DNA of 64,000 nt from Candidatus Sumerlaea chitinivorans (GTDB lineage: Bacteria > Sumerlaeota > Sumerlaeia > Sumerlaeales > Sumerlaeaceae), in the NCBI GenBank assembly GCA_003290465.1, contig CP030759.1, positions 2,083,980 through 2,147,979 of the forward strand, read 5' to 3'. The notes under the pieces are model-generated. The model did no database searches. It was not told the origin of the DNA and was given only the letters and a program-made list of their open reading frames with translations. The first letter of the stretch is position 1. Each line of letters opens with the position of its first letter. The position numbers were made by a program, and so were the translations under genes. Below are positions 38,721 to 48,159 of this stretch, one piece after another.

Positions 38721-39785
38721 ATGAAACGATTCCCTCACCTCGCTTGGATCCTCGCATTCACTATGTGGCTGTCGGCTTTTGCTCCTTGCCACTATGCGGC
38801 ATCCGTTCACGAAGGGGAGAAAAGCGTGCAGCAGGAAATCGCCGCTCGGCTTTTGGCGGTCCTTGTGAGCGGGACAACTCTCACTCCCGCTGACGAAACA
38901 AAGACCAGCGCCCCCTTCCCTGCAAGTCGTGGCCAAGCAGAGTACTTACTGGAAACTGCAGCACTCGCCATGTTGCCAGAGGTGGCTACGAAGGTGAATG
39001 CGCGCGGAACAATCGAATCGCGCGTCCGCCAAGCGGCCAGCTTCGGAGCTCCCCCGCCCCCTCACAAAACCACGGAGACTTCAACAGGCCAAAGCTTGGT
39101 GCGAAGTGGCTGCCTAAAAATTCCGCAGGAAGTGGCAACGCTGTTGCTGCTCCGAGTCCTGCAACGCTCGCAGCACACCGACGTTGGCAAACAGCTCATC
39201 CCGGCTGCCACGCATGCCATTCGCAAAGCGGAAGATCGCCTCGCGACGTCGGATCTCGTCGTGATGGAAAGCAAAAGCGAGTGGGCCGAGCTCGTCGAGA
39301 ACGCGCTTTGGTACGTCGCACTCTTTGAATCCGTTGGTTCCTTGCGCCAACTGGGCCGGAGCGAAGAAGCGAGGCGTGCTCTGAAACTTGCAGAAAGGCT
39401 GCATGCCGCCATTGAACGGAACTTCTGGGTTTCAGAAAGCCGTCACTATGCCAGTGTGGTCGTGACGACCCCCTCGCTACAGGCCATAGGCCGATCTCCG
39501 GACCTGCGCCCACAGTTGGTAGCCATCGCGCTTTTACCTTCCAATTCCTCGTTGCGCGGGCTTTTTTCTGAGATTTGGGAAGCGCATGCGGATCTTCCCT
39601 CTTCCGCGACCACGCCGCGACAGCTTGAGCTTCTTGCATGGTTCGCAGTCGCCGCCCACGCCGCTGGCGAAAGTTCAGCATGGGAGGAGATACTGGTGCG
39701 CATCGCAGCGTCCCCAATCGAGGAAGCTGTGAGGCAGTGCCCAGCGCTGGCTTGGCTCATCGCCCGGGCATGTTTTCCAACATAG
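38721..39785 (+). CDS. Hypothetical secreted protein, helical, unknown function
   Basis: Signal-peptide-like MKRFPHLAWILAFTMWLSAFAPCHYAAS. The remainder is Ala/Leu-rich and helical with no motif I recognise. The 5' 650 nt of the ORF-track ORF (38067-38720) is antisense to marR and was discarded. ATG 38676 is an alternative start. Confidence 0.55.
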   Translation: MKRFPHLAWILAFTMWLSAFAPCHYAASVHEGEKSVQQEIAARLLAVLVSGTTLTPADETKTSAPFPASRGQAEYLLETAALAMLPEVATKVNARGTIESRVRQAASFGAPPPPHKTTETSTGQSLVRSGCLKIPQEVATLLLLRVLQRSQHTDVGKQLIPAATHAIRKAEDRLATSDLVVMESKSEWAELVENALWYVALFESVGSLRQLGRSEEARRALKLAERLHAAIERNFWVSESRHYASVVVTTPSLQAIGRSPDLRPQLVAIALLPSNSSLRGLFSEIWEAHADLPSSATTPRQLELLAWFAVAAHAAGESSAWEEILVRIAASPIEEAVRQCPALAWLIARACFPT

Positions 39786-39789
39786 ACGC

Positions 39790-40854
39790 TTAGGCCCAAA
39801 TTCCCGCGACCTCAAAGCCGCAATTCGGGCAAGAACCGGACTCGCCCAACTGGTTCTCGAGCACTGTAAAGCCGTAGCGATGCACCAGTACGGTCTTGCA
39901 CTGTGGACATCTTGTATTTTCAAAGTCCCCCACGCGGCCCGGGAGGTTGCCCGCATACACGTATCGCAAGCCCTCCTCGCGGGCAAGGTTCGCCGCGGCC
40001 AACAGTTGGCGCGCCGTGGTCGGTGGCGTGTCCGTCATTTGGTAATCGGGATGGAATGCCGTGACGTGCCACGGAATATCCGGTGAGATGCCAACAAGGA
40101 AATTGACGATCTCCCTGAGCTCGTCGGGCGAATCGTTGAAGCCCGGCACCAAGAGGGTGACGACCTCCACCCAGATTCGTTTCTCATGCAGAAGTCGGAT
40201 GGTTTCCAATACTGGCTCGAGACGGCCTCCCAGACGTCGATAATTCTCCTCCCGCATGCTCTTGAGGTCCACCTTCATCCCATCGAGTGTCGGCGCAAGA
40301 TAGCTGAGGACCTCAGGCGTGGCGAACCCATTCGAGACATAAGTGCACTTCAGCCCCTTCGTTTTGGCTAAACGAAAGACCTCCGCTGCCCACTCCGTCG
40401 TAATGAGGGGCTCGTTGTATGTGCTCGTGACCACCTGAGCCCCATGGCGAAGGGCAAGCGCTACGATCTCGTCGGGGGACAGCTCGCGAATGGGCGCCAT
40501 AGCTGCTGGATCTCGGAGAGTTTGGCTTGTGAGCCAATTCTGGCAATACGAGCAGCGGAAATTGCATCCCAGCATTCCGAAACTCAAGGCATCCGATCCC
40601 GGCAGCAGATGGAAAAAGGGCTTTTTTTCGATGGGATCCACGTTAAGTCCTGCCACGTATCCGTGCGGGACACGCAACGTTTGGCCATCGTGGAAACGCA
40701 CTTTGCACACCCCACTCATTCCGGCCCCAATCAGACAGCGGTGTGCACACGCCAAGCATCGAATCTTGCCGCTCGGATGCGATGCGGTCAGTTCTGCGGC
40801 GGCAGGGGCAGTGTACTGCTCGAGGATCTCCTTCAACTTGGCTGTATTCGCCAT
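39790..40854 (-). CDS. AmmeMemoRadiSam-system-type radical SAM enzyme
   Basis: CxxxCxxC cluster GCNFRCSYCQNW, N-terminal CLACAHRC...GVCKVR and C-terminal CPQC...CPNC. Layout matches the family as I remember it. Confidence 0.85.
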   Translation of the reverse strand: MANTAKLKEILEQYTAPAAAELTASHPSGKIRCLACAHRCLIGAGMSGVCKVRFHDGQTLRVPHGYVAGLNVDPIEKKPFFHLLPGSDALSFGMLGCNFRCSYCQNWLTSQTLRDPAAMAPIRELSPDEIVALALRHGAQVVTSTYNEPLITTEWAAEVFRLAKTKGLKCTYVSNGFATPEVLSYLAPTLDGMKVDLKSMREENYRRLGGRLEPVLETIRLLHEKRIWVEVVTLLVPGFNDSPDELREIVNFLVGISPDIPWHVTAFHPDYQMTDTPPTTARQLLAAANLAREEGLRYVYAGNLPGRVGDFENTRCPQCKTVLVHRYGFTVLENQLGESGSCPNCGFEVAGIWA

Positions 40855-40896
40855 ACACGCCCACCTCGCTTTCCACTGATAGACTACCCATAAACC

Positions 40897-42537
40897 ATGC
40901 GGTTGTTTTCACCGGCCATCTGCGCCAGCGAGAGGCGCCCTACCCGCCGCTGGCGGTCACAAAATGCGACGCCACTCGAATCGAAGCGATATATCCTAAA
41001 TAGGGCGATGCTTTCCCAAAGTACAAATCCAATCCAAGCATGGCTGAGCTCCGTGGCTGCCGCGATCCGTGCGCGACTTATGCATTACGATCCGCGGTTG
41101 CCACGAACAGTTGCATTTCTCCCTGCGTCCGCGGAAACTTTGCATGGAATGGACACCCAACGCCATGCTGCCCGCCCGGACGAAGCTCAAGAGGTCCGGC
41201 AGTGGCTTCATGAAATTCAGAAGCGGGCGATTCTCCCGCTAAAGTGGACGATTTTCGTGGTGGCAGCAGCATTTTGGGCACTAGGCCGCCCTCAGTTCTG
41301 GCCACCACCTGTGGAAGTCTTTGCGCTATTTGTCTTGTATTTTCTTGCGAATGCGGGCGAGAGCTACCTGCTGCTTTTCTCACGAGTCGCGCCGCGTCAG
41401 ATTCGTCCCCTCTGCGTCGTCTCCTACGCAGTGGACGTCGCGTTTGTCGCATGCCTTGTCTGGTTCGATTCGGTCCGATTTGCACGCACGAGTGCCGCCC
41501 CCACCGATTTTTACATCCTCTTTTTCATTGTGGTCCTTCGCAGTTTCGTCCTGTTTCGCTCAGGATGGGCCAGCTTGCTCGTCAACGGCGTGATCGGCCT
41601 CGTTTTCGCAGCCACCCTATTAGCTCAAGAGAATACGACCCCCATGGACACATTCCGGAACCATGCCATCCGGGTCGTCTTCTTCTGGATCGTCATCTTG
41701 ATGTCGGCATTCATCGCCCACCTCCTGCACCTCCAGAATAAGGAGTTGATGCGGGCCCGCGAAAACCTACTGCGAAGCGAAAACCTTGCTCTGCTGGGAC
41801 AACTGGCAGCCGGAGTTGCCCACGAGGTGAACAATCCCATCGGCATCATCTCTGCGTACGCTGAATATCTGAAGAAACGTTTTCCTGAAAACGATCCGCA
41901 CCACGAGGATCTTGAGGCAATCCACCGCGAGGCCCAGCGCTGCAAGGGGATTGTGGAAGGGCTTCTGGACTTTGCGCGGACGGCTCCCCCGCATGTAGGG
42001 CCGACCGATCTCGCGCCGCTTCTAAGCGGGACACTCAGCCTCATTGCCCACGCGGACACCTCACAGACCCCACGCATAGAGCAACGGCTTGCGCCAGACC
42101 TTGCACCCGTGCTTGCCGATGCAAATCAACTCCGCCAAGCCCTTCTGAATTTGCTACTCAACGCACAGCAAGCGTGCGGCAACACGGCGGGACTGATTAC
42201 CATTGAAGCCGAGAACCTGCCCGACGAGCAGGCCGTGCGTCTAACGATCACCGACAACGGCTGTGGGATTGCACCCGAAGACCTTCCGCACGTTTTTACG
42301 CCCTTTTTTAGCCGCAAGCCGACGGGCACGGGCTTGGGCCTTGCGATCACCCGCCGCATCATCGAGGAGCACGGCGGACGCATTGCCCTGCGCAGCGAAT
42401 TTGGCAAAGGAACCAGCGTAGAGGTCATTCTGCCAGCGGCTGTGCGTCTTCGAACAGGGAAACAATCGTCGGGGAAGCTCCGACGTGTCGGAACTGGAAC
42501 CGAGACGCCCCCTCCCTCGTCTCAGCCCTCTGCCTGA
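40897..42537 (+). CDS. Membrane sensor histidine kinase with no adjacent response regulator
   Basis: About six TM helices, H-box AAGVAHEVNNPIG, N box, G1 DNGCGI, G2 GTGLGL. The start is uncertain, with in-frame ATGs at 41008, 41080 and 41149. Confidence 0.85.
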   Translation: MRLFSPAICASERRPTRRWRSQNATPLESKRYILNRAMLSQSTNPIQAWLSSVAAAIRARLMHYDPRLPRTVAFLPASAETLHGMDTQRHAARPDEAQEVRQWLHEIQKRAILPLKWTIFVVAAAFWALGRPQFWPPPVEVFALFVLYFLANAGESYLLLFSRVAPRQIRPLCVVSYAVDVAFVACLVWFDSVRFARTSAAPTDFYILFFIVVLRSFVLFRSGWASLLVNGVIGLVFAATLLAQENTTPMDTFRNHAIRVVFFWIVILMSAFIAHLLHLQNKELMRARENLLRSENLALLGQLAAGVAHEVNNPIGIISAYAEYLKKRFPENDPHHEDLEAIHREAQRCKGIVEGLLDFARTAPPHVGPTDLAPLLSGTLSLIAHADTSQTPRIEQRLAPDLAPVLADANQLRQALLNLLLNAQQACGNTAGLITIEAENLPDEQAVRLTITDNGCGIAPEDLPHVFTPFFSRKPTGTGLGLAITRRIIEEHGGRIALRSEFGKGTSVEVILPAAVRLRTGKQSSGKLRRVGTGTETPPPSSQPSA

Positions 42538-42629
42538 GTCGGAACCAAATTCGCAGTGCCAACAGGGGCCACATTGCCCAGCAGGGGCATCTACCCCCTT
42601 CCCTGATGAAAATGGACTGTTACCGCCCC

Positions 42630-43655
42630 TCAGCGTGGACGCAGCACAGGACTTTCCCGCGCGAACAGTTCAAAGTACCTCCGCGCCGTCATCACATCAT
42701 TGTGGCCAAGCGAAGTGTAGATGAACAACCTCGGTTCTCGGCGCAAGAGGTCCACCAACTCATCTGCTGGCGCGGATTTGCGCCGGCCAAATTTGCGCTT
42801 CTCGAGAGCTTCGCGAGGCGTTCCGCTTGTGGTGAGAAGATCGTCGCTAACGACCATAAATTTCGCACCGGACAACGCAAGCCGACTCATGATTGCTACG
42901 TTCGCGCCCGCAAGGTGCTCCGTGAAAATGCTGCGCAAACGCTTCGTCGAATTTGGTGCCGCAAAGGGCGCCGCCAACTCATCCCAGAATCCGTAGGCAG
43001 CATCGAAAAGCCACACCTCCCCGATTCGCTCCGTCAGGCCACCGTGGTCGAGGATTTGGGCCATCACCCGATAGGCCCCACTGTGCCCACTCAGCACAAT
43101 GTGGCGCACCTGCGCATTTGCTGGGATGAAGTCGTTGCGCTGGAGCACGCCCAAAGCTTCCTCCACAAAAGCGCGAAACGCCTCAGGCTTTTCAAGTTTG
43201 CCGCCACCACTATCCGGCGCGTCCTTGGGCCCCTGCGGGACAATCAAAATCGCGTTGCGGCCACTCGCGGCAAGAAGCTCGCCCAAGCGAAACTGGGCGA
43301 CGGCCTTCACGCACTGATTATAGTGGCCGTGGAAATGAACGATCAAGTCCACCTCCCGAGACGGGCGGAATCCTTTGGGAATCACAAACGCCACACGGTC
43401 ATCATCGTAGTGGCCTTTGAAGGGGAACACGCCCCGCTTGGATACAAAGCCCGTCGTTCTGCTGTCATCGGGGAAGGGGGCCGTACTCAGATGGGCCACA
43501 CCCAACGTGCCCCATTCCGCCTCACCCCACTGCGACCGCTCGGCGCCCACACGAGTGAACACCACCGGCGAGGACGTAATCTCCTCAAAGGCATAGCCCT
43601 GCCCAAAGCATGCGCAGGCCCACAGCACGATAATCGCCCTATGGAAAGGTTTCAT
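42630..43655 (-). CDS. Secreted alpha/beta-hydrolase-like protein, unassigned family
   Basis: Signal peptide MKPFHRAIIVLWACACFGQG, then LIVHFHGH and the nucleophile-elbow-like VLSGHSGAY. The ATG overlaps the stop of the upstream permease (ATGA). The 351-aa plus-strand ORF is an antisense shadow. Confidence 0.65.
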   Translation of the reverse strand: MKPFHRAIIVLWACACFGQGYAFEEITSSPVVFTRVGAERSQWGEAEWGTLGVAHLSTAPFPDDSRTTGFVSKRGVFPFKGHYDDDRVAFVIPKGFRPSREVDLIVHFHGHYNQCVKAVAQFRLGELLAASGRNAILIVPQGPKDAPDSGGGKLEKPEAFRAFVEEALGVLQRNDFIPANAQVRHIVLSGHSGAYRVMAQILDHGGLTERIGEVWLFDAAYGFWDELAAPFAAPNSTKRLRSIFTEHLAGANVAIMSRLALSGAKFMVVSDDLLTTSGTPREALEKRKFGRRKSAPADELVDLLRREPRLFIYTSLGHNDVMTARRYFELFARESPVLRPR

Positions 43656-44710
43656 TCGTAGTGCACTTTCTTGCCGAACACTCGGTTTTGAATGATGGTG
43701 AGAATCAGGATGAGCACAAAGAGCACGTAGGCGATGGCACTCGCATAGCCCAGCTCCTTATACCCTTGGAACCCCGTTTGGTAGAGATAAAACACAAGCG
43801 TTTGGGTGGTGCGGCCCGGCCCACCGGTGGGCGTCATGATATACATCGGGACGAACACCTTAAACGCGGCAATCATCGAGATGATGAGAATGAAGAACGT
43901 CGTTGGACTCAGAAGCGGCCATGTAATGTTACGGAATTTCTGCCATGGGGACGCGCCGTCAATCTCCGCGGCCTCGTAGTAGGTCTTATCAATGTTCTGC
44001 AAGCCCGCGAGGAAAATGACCATGAAGTAGCCCGTGTCCCGCCATACGCTGGTGAGAATGACGGAAAACATGGCAAGCGATGGCCCCGCAAGCAGGGGAT
44101 GGATCTTCTCCGGTAGTGGCAGGCCCAGCCCATCGCGCAGGATCATTTCAAAAATACCGCGCGACTCATTCAACCACGCGAACGTCGGCAACCCCAACCC
44201 TTCGAGAAAATAATTCAGAAGACCAAACTGCTCATTGAAGATATACTTGAAGACAATGGAGATCGCGACCCACGTCGTCACAAAAGGCAGAAAGTAGATC
44301 GTCCGGAAAACCCCTACGCCCCGCACGCGCGTGTTCATCATCATCGCCACAATGAGTGAAGCGACAATGGTGAGCGGAACGCTATAGATCACGTAATTGA
44401 TCGTGTTGTAAAGGACCTGACGAAACTCTGGATCCTTGAGCGCTCGGCGGTAATTCTCGAACCAAACCCAGTGGACTGTGGAGAGCTTCGAAGCCCCGAC
44501 CCAGTCGGACATCGAAACCAGAACAGAAAAGATCACGGGAAAAAACCAGAACGTCACGAGGATCACGCCTGCCGGGAGCAAGTAAAGATACGCTTCGATG
44601 TTTTCGCGCAACCGAGGCTTGCGGATGAAGCGGATTGCGTACATCGCAAACGCCCAAGTCACCACAGCAAGAATTGCTGCAATCGTCGCCTTCACAGCTC
44701 TCTCCGCCAC
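43652..44710 (-). CDS. Carbohydrate ABC transporter permease (MalF/UgpA type)
   Basis: Six TM helices and the EAA loop YEAAEIDGASPWQKFRNITWPLL. Confidence 0.9.
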   Translation of the reverse strand: MAERAVKATIAAILAVVTWAFAMYAIRFIRKPRLRENIEAYLYLLPAGVILVTFWFFPVIFSVLVSMSDWVGASKLSTVHWVWFENYRRALKDPEFRQVLYNTINYVIYSVPLTIVASLIVAMMMNTRVRGVGVFRTIYFLPFVTTWVAISIVFKYIFNEQFGLLNYFLEGLGLPTFAWLNESRGIFEMILRDGLGLPLPEKIHPLLAGPSLAMFSVILTSVWRDTGYFMVIFLAGLQNIDKTYYEAAEIDGASPWQKFRNITWPLLSPTTFFILIISMIAAFKVFVPMYIMTPTGGPGRTTQTLVFYLYQTGFQGYKELGYASAIAYVLFVLILILTIIQNRVFGKKVHYE

Positions 44711-44800
44711 TGAATGATTTGAAAAGATTATTCAGAGGATGGGGAAAGGCATTTTCAACCCTGAAAGTCGCTGCAGGATCGGCAACAGACAGACATCCTT

Positions 44801-46897
44801 CTATCGTTGGAACCAGAACCACGCAAACCAAGAGGCAAAGCCAATACCACCCGCCAAGGCAGCCCACTTTCCATACTTCCGGGCAAGCCGTTTGTAGGGT
44901 TCGAATCGGAGCAGGCGATTGAAGGTGGGACTCCAACGATAGGCACTAAATGCAGGTTCGTTCAAAGCCAGTTCGCCGAATGCCGGATTTTGCTCCACGG
45001 CACGCCGCAGATGCGCCATAACGGCATCCGTAAGACGCAAGCGCGCTGCGGCTCGCGCACACCGGTAATGCAAGGAGGGGCGATCTGGCGATGACTCCAA
45101 CACTCTGCGGTAGATCGAGTAGGCTTTAGCGACCGCCCCCTGCCACTCATAAAGTTCCGCGAGAGCTTCCTGATATTCGCTCTCAAATTGCTGATAGTCC
45201 CCCGCATGCCGCTCAAGGAGCCGAATTGCATCCACGGTCCGGCCGAGCTGGTGCAAGGTGTAAGCCTCTGCCACAAGGCAATGAAAATTCGGGGCGGCTC
45301 CGCTACGGGGCGAATTCTGGAGCTCGCGTGCTCGCTCAAACGCCGTGAGGGCTTCCGCATACCGGCCAAGCATGTAGAGGGAGCGCCCGTGAAGCCAGTA
45401 GAGCTCGCTGTTCGGGGTCGCCCGACTCAAGTACTCATCCAGAATTTCGAATGCTCGCTCCGGCGCTCCGATCGTTTGGTATACGGCAGCCCGACAAGAC
45501 TGAATGGCGGCGTCGGCAGGAAAAGCGGCGGCTCCCTCGTCAAGCACGCGAGCTGCTTGCGCCAAGTCCGTTTGTCGCACTAAAAATGCTGCATAGGCAA
45601 GGTATGCGGCTGGGGCGATTTTCGGGAGTGCAAGGAGACGCCGGTAGGCGCGGCGGGCTCCTCCTTCGTCCACGCACCGCTCGCACAGCTCTGCATACAG
45701 CAAGAGGGCGAGCGGGTGATCGGGTGACCGGTGCAAAAACCGATCTACCACGGCGCGCGCTTCCGCTGCCATGCCTCGGCTCAAAAGGTTCTCCACTTTG
45801 AGGCGGGCGAGAGTAAAATCCGTGGGATCCAGCGCCAACAATGTCGTCAAATAGTGCAATTCGGCTTCGCGCTCTCCCAGCCGCCGGTGCAGATCGGCCT
45901 TGAGCATGAGAGCCGCCCGGTCAGACGGACGAATTTGCAATGCGCGCGCACAGGACGTGGTCGCCGCCCGCAGACGCCCCTTCGCCAAGAGGACTCGTGC
46001 CATGAGTAGATGCGCATCAAAAAAACGTTCCTCGAGCTCAATGCACTCGCGCAGATCACTCAGGGCTTCATCCAGCCTTCCCTCGGCATAAAAAGCTTTT
46101 GCGCGCGAATAGAAGATCGGGGGTGCCTCCACACCCTCCTCCAACGCTTCCGTAGCAAAAGCGATCACCGCATCACGTCGGCCGATTTTTTCATAAGCAT
46201 CCAGCAAAAGCCCCCACGCTTGGAGATCAGCGGGGTTGAGCGCGGTTTGCTGGCGCAGGCATTTGATCGCCTCGACGTAGTTTTCCTTGCGCAGATAAAT
46301 GGACGCTTTGCGGGCAAGGGCCTCGAGATGATTCGGATTGATGCGCAAAATTCGGTCACACTGCTCAAGGGCGGCCTCATCTTCGCCGATCGCCGCAAGC
46401 AGCCCCGCGTAGAGACGCATGGCTTCGATTTCGTCGGGGTGATCGGCAAGGACTTCCTCGAGCAGGTCTCGCGCGGCTCGCAGGCGCCGCATCCCAATCA
46501 TCGCACTGGCTTTGTAAACTTTCACCTGATGAAGGTCAGGCTGGATTTCGAGGGCGCGATCAAAACATTCCAGCGCTTCCTCCAAATCCCCATGGAGCAG
46601 AAGCGCGTAGCCGTAATGGCTTAGGTAGAGTGGCTCGATCGGGCTCAGGTCTACCGCTTCCCGAAAAGAGCGCAGCGCGTCCGCAAGCCGCCCTAAGTGG
46701 AGAAGTGCAACCCCCCGATAGAACAAGGCGTCGACATGCATCGGCTGCTGGCGGAGGACCACATCAAATGCCTCAAGGGCCTCTTCGAAGTGATCCGACT
46801 CCAAGAGGTCCATCCCCTCTTGAAATGCCGAGTCCGTGCTGCCGGCTTCATGTTCGTTGAAGTCGTACATCTGCTGTAATCTATTGCCACGGCGCAA
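44801..46897 (-). CDS. TPR-repeat protein with a C-terminal transmembrane helix
   Basis: A long array of 34-aa TPR-like helical repeats throughout, then a C-terminal hydrophobic WAALAGGIGFASWFAWFWF. Confidence 0.85.
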   Translation of the reverse strand: MRRGNRLQQMYDFNEHEAGSTDSAFQEGMDLLESDHFEEALEAFDVVLRQQPMHVDALFYRGVALLHLGRLADALRSFREAVDLSPIEPLYLSHYGYALLLHGDLEEALECFDRALEIQPDLHQVKVYKASAMIGMRRLRAARDLLEEVLADHPDEIEAMRLYAGLLAAIGEDEAALEQCDRILRINPNHLEALARKASIYLRKENYVEAIKCLRQQTALNPADLQAWGLLLDAYEKIGRRDAVIAFATEALEEGVEAPPIFYSRAKAFYAEGRLDEALSDLRECIELEERFFDAHLLMARVLLAKGRLRAATTSCARALQIRPSDRAALMLKADLHRRLGEREAELHYLTTLLALDPTDFTLARLKVENLLSRGMAAEARAVVDRFLHRSPDHPLALLLYAELCERCVDEGGARRAYRRLLALPKIAPAAYLAYAAFLVRQTDLAQAARVLDEGAAAFPADAAIQSCRAAVYQTIGAPERAFEILDEYLSRATPNSELYWLHGRSLYMLGRYAEALTAFERARELQNSPRSGAAPNFHCLVAEAYTLHQLGRTVDAIRLLERHAGDYQQFESEYQEALAELYEWQGAVAKAYSIYRRVLESSPDRPSLHYRCARAAARLRLTDAVMAHLRRAVEQNPAFGELALNEPAFSAYRWSPTFNRLLRFEPYKRLARKYGKWAALAGGIGFASWFAWFWFQR

Positions 46898-47048
46898 ACC
46901 TAATCATTTCGGTACGCAGTGCATGAAAATAGAGGTCACTCTTGTCCGATTTTGGCGAATGAACCCAGCCCCGAACTCGTATCACCTGCAGCCAGCCACC
47001 CGCGGTGGTGAGCAAAATTGATCCAAGGTAGACACAGGATTTTGTAGC

Positions 47049-47984
47049 ATGACAGACGTGGGAATTTGGGGATGGGTGCTATTCAACCTCGCTGTCTTGG
47101 CAATGCTCGCCTTTGATTTGGGAGTCGTAAACCGTAAAGCTCACGAAATCTCCCTCCGTGAGGCAACCGTGTGGAGCATCATCTGGATTGTGCTCGCTCT
47201 GCTCTTCAACGGGTGGATCTTTTATCGGTTCGGCTCCGAACGGGCCCAAGAATTCCTCGCAGGCTATCTAATCGAAAAAAGCCTCAGCGTGGATAATATC
47301 TTCGTTTTCTACGTGATCTTCTCTTACTTTGGTGTTGAGCCCAAGTATCGTCACCGCGTGCTCTTTTGGGGCATCCTTGGGGCACTCGTCATGCGCGGGG
47401 CGATGATCGCTGCGGGGGTCTATCTCATCTCGCGCTTTCATTGGATCATTCTCGTCTTCGGTGTGTTCCTCATCATCACAGGCATCCGTATGCTCTTTCA
47501 CAAGGAAGAGAAGACCGACATAGAGAAAATATGGGTGGTACGGCTTGCGCGCCGGTTTATACCCATGACGCCCCACTGGCATGGCCAGTGTTTCTTCGTA
47601 AAAGAAGCAGGCAAATGGTTGGCAACCCCCATGCTGTTGGTCGTCCTCGTAGTTGAGGCAACAGACCTCGTATTTGCGCTGGACTCGATCCCAGCTATCT
47701 TCGCGGTGACCCGCGATCCCTTTATCGTTTACACATCGAACGTTTTCGCAATCCTCGGCTTGCGCTCTCTCTTCTTCCTGATTGCCGGCCTGATCCCCCT
47801 GTTCCTCTATCTGAAATATGCGCTCTCGTTCATCCTTGTGTTTGTCGGCGTGAAGATGCTCCTTGCCGACACTGCTTGGAAAATCCCAACCAATGTTAGC
47901 TTACTGGTCATCGCCACATCGTTGGCTCTCGCTATTGCGGCGTCTGCACTTGTACGGAAGCCAAAGTCTCCCGAGCTGGAATAA
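47049..47984 (+). CDS. TerC-family integral membrane protein
   Basis: Polytopic, with the duplicated family motifs EKSLSVDNIFVF and TDLVFALDSIPA. Confidence 0.9.
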   Translation: MTDVGIWGWVLFNLAVLAMLAFDLGVVNRKAHEISLREATVWSIIWIVLALLFNGWIFYRFGSERAQEFLAGYLIEKSLSVDNIFVFYVIFSYFGVEPKYRHRVLFWGILGALVMRGAMIAAGVYLISRFHWIILVFGVFLIITGIRMLFHKEEKTDIEKIWVVRLARRFIPMTPHWHGQCFFVKEAGKWLATPMLLVVLVVEATDLVFALDSIPAIFAVTRDPFIVYTSNVFAILGLRSLFFLIAGLIPLFLYLKYALSFILVFVGVKMLLADTAWKIPTNVSLLVIATSLALAIAASALVRKPKSPELE

Positions 47985-48159
47985 CAAAACCGATGGGGTA
48001 GCTTCAGAGCAGAATTCGGGCGGAAGATTCTGTCCAAGGTAGGAACCTTGTCGCTGTGACTGCGGCGTTTAGTTCTATGAAGGCAGGGGCAGCATTTCGC
48101 TGAGCTCGCCTCCAAGGGCTCCTTCTGCACATTGACTCGCGCAGGCGCAATTCTTAGGG

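Noticed and set aside
42606-43661. 351-aa plus-strand ORF opposite the hydrolase-like gene
   Set aside because: Its composition is Arg/His-rich and it has no signal or motif. The minus-strand frame has a signal peptide and a GHS elbow, and it is ATGA-coupled to the upstream permease.
46898-47048. yybP-ykoY (Mn2+) riboswitch upstream of the TerC-family gene
   Set aside because: TerC genes are often preceded by this riboswitch. I could not find the conserved GGGGAGTAG-type loop or its partner half in this 151-nt spacer. A covariance-model scan would settle it.
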